This document shows, piece by piece, positions 23,340-35,916 of a DNA stretch of 64,000 nucleotides. Numbering within the stretch: position 1 is the stretch's first letter; each line of letters begins with the position of its first letter. The translations under genes and the position numbers were made by a program. The notes beneath the pieces are model-generated. The model searched no databases. It worked only from the letters and a program-made list of their open reading frames with translations, and was not told the origin of the DNA. The DNA comes from Octopus bimaculoides (Eukaryota): contig NC_069000.1 of the NCBI RefSeq assembly GCF_001194135.2, positions 28,789,818 to 28,853,817 on the forward strand, written 5' to 3'.

Positions 23340-25430
23340 GTTTAGGAAAGGCATCATAACCAGCTTGCGTGTGGTGAGAGTAACATGTAATCACTTCTTC
23401 CACATGAAGCACAACTGCTGTGTTGTCAGGGCTGGATCATGAAGGAATGAAAGCTGTTTTATGGGCCCAAGTGACAGAGATTCAACTTTGTGACAAAGCT
23501 ACAATTCAGTCTTTGGTAGCCTATGATGAGGATTATGACTGCAGCTTTTCATTGGCACTTTGCTTGACTGTTTGGAATAAGTGGCTCACCAAGTTACAGG
23601 ATGAATTTCAGTGCCTACCTTGACAGCCTGCCACAACTCTTGCCACTGGAGGTGGAGTGTGGTAGAAAGTCAATAACAGCCTTGGAAATAGGGGAAACAA
23701 TGGCTAGTTGCAGTGGGGTCAAATTGCCTGGTTTAAATATTCTATTATATGAGCTTTATATTCATATGCCAAACTTATTTGTGGCCCCCTTGACATGTAT
23801 CTGCTGCAACTTGTAGCAGATTCTCCTGCAACAGGAGAATCCTCAGTTCTGTGAGCTGAAGAGCATAGCACTAAGAAAAGACTGCAACAAGGAGAACAAA
23901 ATTGAAAATTTTTGATCCATAGCTTTGTTAAACATAAACTTCAAAATTTTTGTCAAGATATTTACAAACAGATTGGCATTTGTCATTGGTGGTCTGACTG
24001 GTGATGCAGAAACATGCACCATCTCATATAGATCAATCCATGACAACCTCCACTCATAATGATAATAACATCATAGAGAGGGTAGGTAATGAACCTGGCC
24101 TGGGGTGGATCCCTGACCACCCTTTAATAGGATCAACCAACAATACTTGGCAGCAGTCCACACAGCAGTCAGTTTCAGTAATATCTTCGGGGGCTGGATT
24201 TCCACAATGTACAGTGACAGCTCTTTGCTTGGGGTGAATGACCATCTATCACAACCACTATGTATCATACACTCAATTTATAAAGATTGTTGTATCTTGT
24301 CTCCTCTGTGTTTACTGACTCTTCCACTATCATGGAAACTGGAGACATTAAGAGGTATTCTGTGTGAACTAGGAAGCATTTGGAGATGATGTCACCCACA
24401 TTGTGTCAGACAATAAGCTGATCGAGGTAACCAGCACTACTCTAGCGGAGTATAATGTATTAACAAAATCAACCAGAAAAAAGGAAATGGGCTTGCAGTT
24501 CAGCACCTGGAAAGACAGGTCCATGCTGTCCAACATCTTCATGGAGTACTGGATGGACAGACCAGTTAAATTGCTTGAGGTCTGGTTTGCTCCAGATTTC
24601 CAGGTGGAGAAGAACTGGGATAAGAAGACGAGCAAGAAGGAGCAAATGCCCTACCAAGAAAAAATCTAGGCAAGGGACACTACTCTGAAAACTTTTGGCC
24701 CATAACTCAGAAATAGACTTCATAGAAGCTATCCTTGAAATATCTAGTTGAGGTGGTGAATGCCTTCATCACTTCCATTATCTATTACTGTCCGACTACT
24801 GGAATGGAACATCTACCTACCAGTGTTACTAAAGAACATTACTGGTCCAAGGTAGGAAGTACTGTCAGTTAGGCCAGTACAGAGTGGATGCAGGGCAACA
24901 AAACAGTTCTGCATGCACTTGTCCAGTACCTGAACATAACTGACAAATGGAGTTTTGTCAAACAGCTGTTATCACGTTAGTTAGATCTGGCTATCTGTTG
25001 GGTCCATTGTGAAGACCATTCCACTGCCTTCTTTTAACCAAGAAGGCAGGCACTTTTTATTTATGTGGTGGCATTGATAAAAGAGCTTTGTGTTGTGGAT
25101 GATATGGAAAGAGCTAAAGAGAGACACCTTCCTCTTTTGCAAAACTCTCATACATTTTTTCAAGTTTCACTTGAAAGAGAAAATGTGAATGGAAAGCAAA
25201 ATGTTACCTTTCAGCAAATTTGCTGAAAGGTGAATGAGAGAGGCCACATGGTTCAAGTGAACAGACCTGCCCTGAGTATGTGCCTGTAGATTGAAGAAAG
25301 ACAACTGGAGAAGACACTTGCCTTAGAAGTTAGGGAGACTGTTTTCGTGGGGTCTCTGTGAGTATGCTTCAGTGGTGGCTCTCTCTTGGGGAATTTAAAA
25401 AAATATTTTTCATTCTCTTGTTCACACATT
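23340..25430 (+). mobile_element. Second Tx1/L1-like LINE, degraded
   Basis: LPGLNILLYELY (SPG.DG.PYE-like), RSIHDNLH, AFGDDVT. Colinear with 20300-22440. Confidence 0.8.
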
Positions 25431-25632
25431 TTTTTTATGTAACCCCATACTTTATCATCCTGTATCATCCTCAATCCTTTTGTGAGGTTATCCTCATAAA
25501 GGAGATGTTGTTCTCCTGTGATGAAGTACAACACCAATTAACGTATCTCCATTCGAATCTGCTGGAACATATTAAGTATAGGTATGCAAGTCATTGTTTT
25601 GATTCTCATTGTTCACTAGGCATATCACAGTT

Positions 25633-25634
<2 letters not shown>

Positions 25635-25668
<34 letters not shown>
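25635..25668 (+). repeat. (ACT)n microsatellite
   Basis: TACTACTACT... seen directly. Confidence 0.95.
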
Positions 25669-25669
<1 letters not shown>

Positions 25670-28317
25670 GCAGGACTTTATTGTAACCCTCCTTTGAATT
25701 TTGTGACATTATGCCAATAGTAGAAACTCTTGCACTCTTGCAGCAAATGAAGAATTGATTATTGTTGTTGTTGTTATTACTGTCATTGTCATCTATGGTA
25801 GAGGTGTTATTTTTCTTTTGCTTTTGCTGAGCTTCTGGATGTCTTCCAAGGATATGAATGTCCATGTTTTATGTCATGCCGCATGACATAAGATGTAAGT
25901 AGAGTGAGGTTTAATTTTAAATATTATACCTGATTTGTACTTTTTACAACATTTTATTCTCAGGGTTTTCACAAACAAAAATGACAAGAAAACAAGGATG
26001 AAATGTCACCTTATGGGAAAAAACTGATCTTTCTGCAGACATGAAACAAAAAAGTGTAAAGAAACCTGCTTTGCAGCAGGGAAACATGTAATGTGTCAGA
26101 GTTTGGGAACTCACTAGGCAATGAAAACAATGGCAATGACAGTGAGGCTTTCACTCAGACTTAGACAATGCTGAGGAGAATTGCATAAATGAAGGTAGTT
26201 TTGAAAAAAAAAATTACCTTCAGCAAAGAAACTTTCTCCAGACTGAGAAATTCTGATAGAATTGCATCACAGAAGATCGACTCAATTCTTCTTAACTGGA
26301 AAAATTATTCAGAAGTGGACAAGGATAAAGCTGATCTCCTTTTACCTCACAAATGGATGTGGGGGATTTTTATAGGCTCCAGAATGTTCAGTTAAAGGAA
26401 GCTCTGGACAGTGTTTGAACCAGTATATTGTCTATTGACCAAGACAAAGCTTATGGTACCATACTGCCTAACCTTCAAGACCAAGGCTAAAGTGCAATAC
26501 CATGCAGAAATCCTGAAGAAACACCTGTTCATAGGCTTGTTCCACAGTACGTGGGTCAGTGCAACACAATAACGACAGTCAATGACATTGGTAGTGATAA
26601 TGGATCTCTAGTTCAATGTCATTTTTAGCCATATGTTAAATGCAGAAATAGTGTGGAGTGACATGTAGTTGAGAGGAGTTAGTATGGACTTAAATGTCCT
26701 TATGACTTTTCAAGAACACAAGACCATTCCTGAGCTGTATCACATGATACGCTCTGAGATAAAAGCAAGATCTGGCAGTGCAGAGCAGAAAGCCCAGTTG
26801 TTACACAAGTGGCAACAAAAACCACTACCAGTTGCAGCTCAGAAGGAGACTTGAAGGTTTATCTCATCCTCAGTTAATGTTATGGAATTGGAAGATAAAC
26901 CATTCACTTTCAGTGTCAGAAATACATAGCACCAGGCCTAGCAGTAAATACCTTGTTCACTCTGTCATGTTTTCAACAGATTCATGTGAGTTTCTACTGC
27001 ATCTCTGTGTTCCTGATTTGTGTGCAGCATTGTCTTTTAGAGGTGTAAGAATCTGTCTGCTATATGTTTGGTTTTGTTGTTTCTCACGTTACTAAGTATT
27101 TTGTTTATCATGTAGTGTATGTGCAATGTGAGCAGTGTTTTAGACTTGGATAATAACTGTATAGTGTATATGGTTTGTGCTATATCATTGGCTAGTGAAT
27201 GTGTACAAGTTATTCATTAGCTATTTTCAGTTATAGTTATTGAGTTGCTCCCATGCTCAGGTACTGACTTCGAACATGTAAATTGATCATAGCACTGATT
27301 CCAGGATTTATTTCAGTCTGCTCCTTATTTTCATTGATCACAATCTGTCAAATGTCTAAGAATACCAGTGGCATAAAATCATCACAAACTATTTTTGTTG
27401 AATGCATCATTGCTGTTTAATAGAATATAAGTCAAAACAGTGCAGTTTTTGTCTGACTGAGAAATATCACATAGTAAACCACCAATAGTGAACGCACATA
27501 GTATCCAGCTGTAAAACAATATCTCAATAATATATACTCATCTATCTTTACTAACATGGGAGAATGGATGTAAAAATAAATGTATGCATGCATGTGTTGT
27601 ATATTTATGATTCCCCAATTTCTATTCTCCTTTTCACATAGACATTGTTACAGCTCTAGCTAGTCTAATTTATTTAAATTTTACATTGACTACTTTTGTG
27701 ATAAGTGCATTATTTTTATATGAATGGGCTTGGTGAAACATACCTCAATTGTATGTATATGTATGTGAGTATGCTTGAATGTATGCATGTGTGTATGCAT
27801 GCATTGTCTGTACGGCAGGCTTCTACATGGGTTCGATCAATCTAATTACTCTCAGAAGGCATTGATCACACTGAACTGGTACAGAATGCAGATACTTAAA
27901 GTCTGCTGCATTGAGGGTCAAAATTGCTGGCCTTGTGCCAAAATTTGAAACCAATATGTATCAATCATTGGTCCGTTATTCAACTTCAGGTGTTTATATA
28001 TCCTTTTCAGTACCCCCTCGTGTATGTGTGCGTGTGTGCATGTGTGTGTGTGTATGTGTGTGTGCGTGCGTGTGTATGTACATATGCATATATGTGTATT
28101 TTATATGTGTGCGTATGTGTGTGTGTGTGTATTAGCTATCAAATAACAAGAGAATAGGAATTGCATAATCAACTGCATGAGTTTACAGCTCTTTCTGCTA
28201 TAAGAAACAGTGCACTCAGAGCTGAATGTTTGTGCAACATCTTACAGCTTCCTTAGAGCCATTAAAATGAAGTGTATGCTAATTTTGTTTAGAAATAATT
28301 ACCTTTGAAATGATATA

Positions 28318-30681
28318 CAGTGATCCCTTGCAGTACAAATTTAATTCATTTTACAATTTACTCATTTTACAAATCAATTTTCCCCATTGAAATTAATTAA
28401 AATATAATCAATTTATTCCATCCCACAAAACCACCCCAAAATCATTTTTTATGGGTTTTAAAACAGAAAAGGTGCAGTTACAAGGAAAATGACAATTATA
28501 AAAACATAATAAAAGAGAAGGCAAAAGAATGCAAACTGGTTTTATCAGTTTAATTACCTTAAAGATGGGATGATTTGTGTGCAAGGAAAACAATAGAGTA
28601 GGGAAGAGGAGGAGGGTTATTGTTTGGAAGGAGAATCTCCTTCCATTAAGACTTCATGAAGAACAATTTCTGGCGTTTTCTCTCTCACTTCGTTTAGTTT
28701 AGGCTTTTTGGATACACTTTCTTCACTTTTCACACTTGCAGGTCGTTTCATTAGAGACATATCAAGAGAAGCCTCCTTTCTCTTGCCTTTCAAAATGTTA
28801 CGAAAATGCGCCAGAGCAGTATCATTAAATAAAGCAGCTGCACGACCTGTACGTAGATACAGGTTGATATTTTTCTATAAATTCAGAAGTTGCCACTCTG
28901 CCAACACTGCCTTTGTCACTCATAAAAATAGCCTCCTTTGCTACACTGTCCTCCTCCAGGGAACTAATCTCTTCCACTGCATCCAAATGCTGCAGGAGTT
29001 CATCCTGTCATCAGCTCCTCTGAGTGTTCCTTGGCGAGATCGTTAATGTCCCCATGGTGAACCTTGAGGCCCATGGACTTGTCAAGAGACACTATCTCCT
29101 CAACTTCAAATGTCTCAGACTCAAACCCCTCGAAGTCTCTTTTGGATACACAGTTACCTCCATGCAGAATTCAGTGTTTTCCTTGTTATACCCTGCCAGG
29201 TCATATCAATGATTTTCAGGCAGTTAACAATGTTGTAGTGCTCCTTCCAAAACTCATGAAGGGTTAGATTTGTATTTTCGGTAACTTCAAAACACTGACA
29301 AAACAGGTATTTGGTGTCCAATTTCTTAAAATTAGAAATCACCTGTTGGTCCATGGGCTGCAAGATAAGTGTGGTATTGAACTTTTATAAATTTAAATTC
29401 ATCCAGGACATCATCTTAAAAGTTAGAAAGATGAGCAGCAGCATTGTTGAGGATGAGGAGGACTTTGAGAGGAAGATTATTCTCCAAAAGGTACTTTCTC
29501 GCTGATAGTCCGAAGTGAAGGTTGACCCACTCAATGAAGAATTGCCTGGTAACCTTGACTTTAACATTTGCCCTCCACATGATATGCAGCTTCTCCTTCA
29601 GGATTTGGTGCAACTTGAATTATTGTGGGTTTTTGGAATGGTAGACAAAGAGTGGCTTAATCTTCAAGTCTCCACTCGCATTGGCACAAAGAGTGAGAGT
29701 TAGCCTATCTTTCATAGGCTTGTGACCTGGAATTTTCTTCTCCTCTGCAATTATCTATGTTCTTCTGGGCATTTTTTTTGCCAAAAAAGGCTAGTAGAAT
29801 ATCTGTTGTGTGATGTTGAATATTTGTTGTATGATTTACTCCTTAGCTACAATGAGCTGACAGAACAGACACACGAAATCCTCAGCTGCCTTCATGTCAG
29901 AACTCGCTGCTTCTCCATACCTGACAATGCTATGAACATCAGTCCTCTTCATGAAATTATTGAACCAGCCATGGCTGGCCTTAAATGCATCTGCTAATGT
30001 CTGCTCTGTCGATGTTCCAGGGTTCTGTTTCAGGAGATCCCCATATAGTGCTCGTGCTTTCTCGTAAATGATGGTCTCTGTAATTATATCCTCTGCAAGT
30101 TGCTTATCATTGATCTGTAGGAGAAGCAATTTTTCCATCTGGACCGATGTGAATTGCTTGGAGAGCCTGGAGACATCTTTTGCTGTTGTAATGGCCTTGA
30201 TCTCATCCTTTTTCTTCAGGATGGTGCAGATCATCAATGTACTTCATTCGTACTGACTTGCTATGTCCACTACACCCACTCCTCTCTCATGCTTATCAAT
30301 GATTTCCTTCTTCAATTCTATCGTAATCGGCTTTTTCTTCTTCTCAGTACTGTCCTTTGCACTAACCTTCTTAGGACCCATGGCTAACAGCTAATTATTA
30401 TAAAACAATAGCAAAAAACACACAAAACTACAAAAAAGAAAAAACTGGGGAAAACACAACAGGAATGCTGTCACAATGAGATAAACACATGAACTGAGTG
30501 AGCAGAGGCTGTGCTTGTTGGGAGAGCATGTACAAGCTGAGTGCCAACTAGCAGTTGCTTGTATGAAACTCACTCGCGTTGTGGATTTCCACTCGTACTT
30601 CAAGACAAAAATTTGCACCAGCCTCGGCTCATGCAGCAAATTACTCATACAATGATGCATGCATACTGTGAGGTTCTACTG
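28318..30681 (-). mobile_element. Full-length Tigger/pogo DNA transposon (~2.36 kb)
   Basis: TA|CAGTGATCCCTTGCAGTAC versus reverse complement of the right end TA|CAGTAGAACCTCACAGTAT (imperfect TIR, TA TSD). Transposase remnant inside. Confidence 0.9.
28617..30381 (-). pseudogene. Tigger transposase (stops and frameshifts)
   Basis: MGPKKVSAK...KKEIIDKHERG (HTH), FKASHGWFNNF (CENP-B-like), QPMDQQVISNFKKL, terminal EGDSPSKQ*. Confidence 0.9.
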
Positions 30682-30709
30682 TATATGGATAAGTCTTTCT
30701 ACTAAAGGC

Positions 30710-30905
30710 ACAAGACTTGAAATTTTGGAGGAGCATAGAAGTCAGTAACCTTGATCCAAGTTCTTTGCCCTTACTTATTTCATCGACCCAAAAAGGGATG
30801 AATGGCAACGTCAACTTCAGCAGAATTTGATCTCAGAATGTAAATACAGATGAAATGCTGCTAAGCATTTTGTCCACCTTGTTAACAATTCAGCCAGCTC
30901 ATCAC
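30710..30905 (-). mobile_element. SINE S2
   Basis: ACTTATTTCATCGACCC...GAATTTGATCTCAGAATG...TTCAGCCAGCTCATCACCT matches S2 in reverse orientation. Confidence 0.75.
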
Positions 30906-31489
30906 CTTATATATACATAGACAATGCAATATTGCTTGAGGATAAGAAGCCACTCCAAAAAATATGCAAATTTAAATAAACATAGGCACATAATGAACAT
31001 ACATACAACTATGCATACACATACAGAAATGCATAAAAAATATATGTTAATACACTTTTAAACAGGTATATATGAATAAAGAAAATACAAATTAGATAAC
31101 TGGACATATGCACAATATACAAACCCAGACAAAATATATGCCTACAGAGACAGATAGGATAATAGACATGTAAAGTACAATTTGAAGTCAAAGTATCTCA
31201 TTCTCAGGAATGTGTGTGTGTGTGTGTGAATATGTGCGCACGTGTGTGTGTGAATGTGTGCACACGTGAGTGTGTGTGTGTGTATGTGTGCATTTATTCT
31301 TCAGATAAATTCCAACTGCAATATGAAAGGGGTTCAAAAGAACAACCGTACGACATTGTATTGTCTGTTGCACAGGTTAACAAGAGAAGGATTTGTATTT
31401 GGACTTGCTGTTTGGTGCATATACTTGCAACAGCTCCAGCAGTCCTTCCTTCAGTGTAAGTTTCAGGAGGCAAACCTTCCCACTTAGTG

Positions 31490-33900
31490 GAATCTACTCC
31501 ATAACATAATCTAACAGCCAAGGTCTTGTGAGTATCCCCACTTCCTTGATGAAGTCACTGCAGCTTTAGATGCAGTTAAGACCAAATCTTTTTTCCTACT
31601 AGGAGACTTCAATGCACATGTTGGCACTGTTCACCAGATGTGGAAAAGAGTGATTGGGAGGAATGGTGACCTTGAACTTTGGTGCTAGAAATGAGTTCTC
31701 CATTATGAACACATTCTTCCAATATAGGGATATCCTTAACTATACTTGGCATTGGGATACTGAGGGACAGAAATCATTGACAGATTTTGTTATCATCTCT
31801 GACGTCTTTGATTCTATGCTGAATGTTCATGTAAAGGAGAGGATTGGAACTATCAACTGATCACCTCCGAGTTGTCTGCAACCTGAGACTAAAATAGGGA
31901 GAATTCACAAAACTGCTAAATCCAGTGTGACTTTCAGAATAAAGTGGGAAGACCTGGCAGATGATGGGATCAGAAACATATGCAGAAACAAATATTTCTG
32001 AACAAATTTGGGATGTCAAAATGGAATGGAGTTTGTTTTTCTTGACAGTTTCTTCTTTGACTGTACAATGATGAGGATGAAAGTGACTCATAGTGGCATC
32101 AAGTAGAAAAAGAATTCCTGGTTTAACCGGGAAGTTAAAAATGCCAACAAAAAAGGTTTACAAAGCTTGGCTTGGAAATGAGTTTCTCCTTTAGATGATA
32201 CACTGATGCAAGAGAAGCTGTAACAACGGAAACAACAAAGGTGTTTCAAGGTCATGAGAGGATTTTGTGTTTGAGCTGGATTCTGACTTTAGATTGGCCA
32301 ATAAAGTATTCTGGAAGACCATCTGCCAGATTCGTATCAAGAAGTACTCTTCCACACCTGCCATTAAGAATTCAACTAGAGTTCTCTCCACAGAGAAGAG
32401 CACTTGGGAGGAGGTGGAGGGCATATTTTACTGATCTCTTAAAGTCTTGTAGTGGACACATGGTGCATCTAGGGGTGAAGACTAACCTCACAGAGGCTGA
32501 AGTCATAAAGGTAATTAAGGTACTCCTGTGGCAAGGTCACTGGAGAGGATAAAATTCAGCCTAAGATATTAAAAGCCTTTAATAGAAACTTTTATATGCT
32601 TTAGTGTTTGGAAAGACACTAAAGTAATGGCAATCCCAATTTTTAAAAAAGGGAAATAAGAAAGTACTCTAATATATAGGAATTTCTTTGTTGCGCCTGG
32701 TAAAGTCTATGTGAGGTGTCTTAAAAAGCAATGCTGAGAGAATGTTAAGCCTAAGCCAGCTGCTAGCTGAAGAATAGTGTGGCAGAATAGCCTGGATGCA
32801 GCACACTCAACCAGATACTCACTCTAAGGCAGCTCTTTGAGAAATCATGTAAATATTGCCATTAGGTGTACACTTGCATTGTAAATCTTAAAAAAAGCAT
32901 ATGACATGTCATGGGACATGCAGTGGCAGGTTTTGTAAGAGTTTTAGATTAACGCGCAACTTCTGATTAGCATGTCTCTATACAAATGCTCAGATCTTTA
33001 TGTTTGGGTAAATGGTGCTAAGTCAATACCTTTGAACATGGGTATTGGACTTTGGCAGGAGTGTGTAAAGTCACCTCACCTTTTCATAATTTTTATGAAC
33101 TAAATTGACTGTACAGTTGTGGGAGTGGTATCACAATTGATGGGTGTGGGATCAGTTGGCTGATATTTGCAGATAACATGATGCTCCTTGGCTTATCAGG
33201 TGATCTCCAGCATGCATTGAATAGGTTTGCTGCCAGAATGCAAGACAGGGATGCGATTTATACTATGAAGACTGAGACACTGGTCCTCTCAAGAAAGCCT
33301 TTTCAGTACACTCTGCATGTTAGTGGAACATTACTGAGACAAGTGGAGAAGCTTAAGGATCACAGGGCTGTATTCATGAGTGATGGGAAGCAGGAAACTA
33401 AATTGGGTGCTAGAATTTCAGCATTCAATCTTCAGAAGATGTTAGTATAAACGCTTAACATGTTTTCTTCAATTCAATTTTTGTGCCTATCCTCACCTAT
33501 GGTCATGAATGTTGGGTAATGACTGAAAGAGGACAATTGAAAATACAAGCAACTGAAATGGGGTTCATTCAGTATCTCTGGAGTAACATTATTCAACAGA
33601 GTATGTAGCTCAGAGATAAGGGAGTCTATCCAGGTCAAGTCATTACTTCTCAACATTGAGAGGTAACAGCTCTGGTACTACAAACATGTGATTAGAATAT
33701 TGCAGGAAAGAATAGCAAGATGGATTCTTCAAGCTGAGCCAACTGTCTGGAGACCTAGGAATAGACTAAGAATGAAATGGTTGGATAATATACATAGCCT
33801 CAGTTAGTCGTGCTTCAGAATCTAGCCAGAAAGTCTAATGACAGTTGCTTCTGATAGGACCCTAAGGAGATGGTACTTGAGGATTCTACCCCAGTAATTC
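31490..33900 (+). mobile_element. RTE-clade LINE (second family), near full ORF, degraded
   Basis: APE endonuclease LLGDFNAHVG, IMNTFF, YTW, KSLTDFVI; RT GLWQECVKSPHLF and IFADNMML; C-terminal region. Confidence 0.85.
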
Positions 33901-34099
33901 TCTCAAGAATACATACAAATACATATACTCAGGCCTATTCCCATTTTTTTTAGGAAGGAGTAGCTACAAGACACACACCAGGCATTCCATTCATTTCTCA
34001 GCTCAAAGAGGTGAGCCCTGTCCTATGCTTGGGTCAAGGCATAGAACGCAATCCCCAATATCAGATGGGAGCCCAACAGCATATGCTGGTTTACACCCA

Positions 34100-34470
34100 C
34101 TGCATCATGCTGGTTCCGTACCCCTTTGAGCAACATCAAATTCACTCATCTGTCCACAAACACTCTCCAAGCTTTTCCATCATTTATAAACTCTCTTGCC
34201 TCTCTCACTCCAATACCTCTAACCACCAAAGCTTTCTTCCCTCCATCCATCCACACAAACTGAGGTCTGCTTCTGGTTCTGCTGCCTAACATCCTGCCTT
34301 CATCACCCTCCTTACCACCTGCTCCTCATCCATCCTCTCCAAGTGACCAAACCACCTCAACATTTATCTATCCATTTTGGCTGTTAGTTTTTCTCCCATT
34401 CCTGCTTGCCTTTGTACCTCCTCATTGCTCATCCTGCCCATCCGTGTCACAACAACCATAACCCTCTCAA
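34100..34470 (-). mobile_element. RTE LINE C-terminal fragment
   Basis: Minus strand TRMGRMSNEEV...MLRWFGHLERMDEEQVVRRV. Confidence 0.7.
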
Positions 34471-35309
34471 GAATAGTAGGCAAAAAAGACGGTTGGATGG
34501 AAATTGGAACTCAGATTCTTTCTAATGCAAGACAAAAGAAACAGACATAAAGAATTTGATAACCTGCATTAGACATAAAGATTTTGAATTCAAACCCATT
34601 CGAGAAATAAACATACCAAGTGTCCCATAATTAAGTCACCATTTAATATTTAATGTTCAAATGCTGCTTTTTTACTTGGCAGATGATGATGGCAGATTTG
34701 ACTAATTAAAGTACAGTATTAAATATACTAATATAAATTACAAGATGTGCAATAAGTTGTCCTTACTAAAAGACAATAGAATCTTGAGGGTTTGCAAATA
34801 GGCTTCTCAAATAGATATTCACCAGAGGAGAATTCTGAATATCAATCCAGCAAAACTTTACAAAATTGTGTCTTTCAGTTGAAAGTTATGAATGGTTTGT
34901 AAGCTGGAAAGTCGACACCAACATAAATAATCAAAATAATTTACCCTAACCCCACTCTTTCATCTCACTGTGAATTAGTGACTGATATATTACTTCTTTT
35001 AACAGGTGATGGGGGTTTTGTGGCGTTAAGGTAGAAAAGTTCACACCCACCACCTTTAATACCTGCCCACAAATGTCATGAGAACTATAGCCCTATATAA
35101 TTCAAGATGCCATAAGCCATAGCTGAAGCACTAAATAATATAGTTTCTAGAGAAACTCACTGAGGATAAATGTAAGTATGCGTGTGTATAAAAAATGTGA
35201 AGTTATAACAAACAGTAAAGTAAACAAAACCAATGAATAAGGCCTTATATTTGGTCGCTCAGCCCATAGAAATAGCAATCAAATCTTTTTCAAATCACAT
35301 CTTGCTGTT

Positions 35310-35343
35310 GTCCTCCTCCTCCTCCTCCTCCTCCTCCTCCTCC

Positions 35344-35378
<35 letters not shown>

Positions 35379-35385
35379 GTCATCG

Positions 35386-35418
<33 letters not shown>

Positions 35419-35848
35419 CCACCACCACTGTTTAATGTCCACCTTCCATGTTGGCATGAGTGGGATGGTTTGACAAGAGCCAGCCAGGCAGAAGCCTGCA
35501 CCAGACTTCTGTAACTGTTTTGGCAGGATTTCTACAGCTGGATGCCTTTCCTAACACCAACCACTCAACAGAGTGGACTTAGTGCTTTTTACGTGGCACA
35601 AGCACAGGTGAGGTCAGTTTTGGCAAGGTTTTTACAGCTGGATGCCCTTCCAAATACCAAACACTTTGCAGTGTGGACTGGGTGCTTTTAAGTGGCACCT
35701 GCACTGACAGGGTCACCGAGTAAACTGCAAGACAAAAATCTTTTGAGAGGGGAGGGGTCATTGGAGGAGGTGATCTTGTGTCAGATGATGAAAGGTTATA
35801 GCGAAAGGCAGAAACAGGTGCCTTGCTGTAGAGGAGGTACAAGGTTAC

Positions 35849-35916
<68 letters not shown>

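Noticed and set aside
25960-26560. Possible decayed LINE ORF1 fragment
   Set aside because: Many stops and no diagnostic motif.
26669-26854. 61-aa ORF (…LYHMIRSEIKARSGSAEQKAQLL…) followed by 3'UTR-like sequence
   Set aside because: No recognisable homology and only a weak acceptor. Cannot be supported without RNA or BLAST evidence.
35233-35514. Poly-Ser/Asp/Glu/His and CV/HT-repeat ORFs (also ~38550, 45890, 46641, 57493)
   Set aside because: They are translations of microsatellites and LINE tails, with no evidence of coding.
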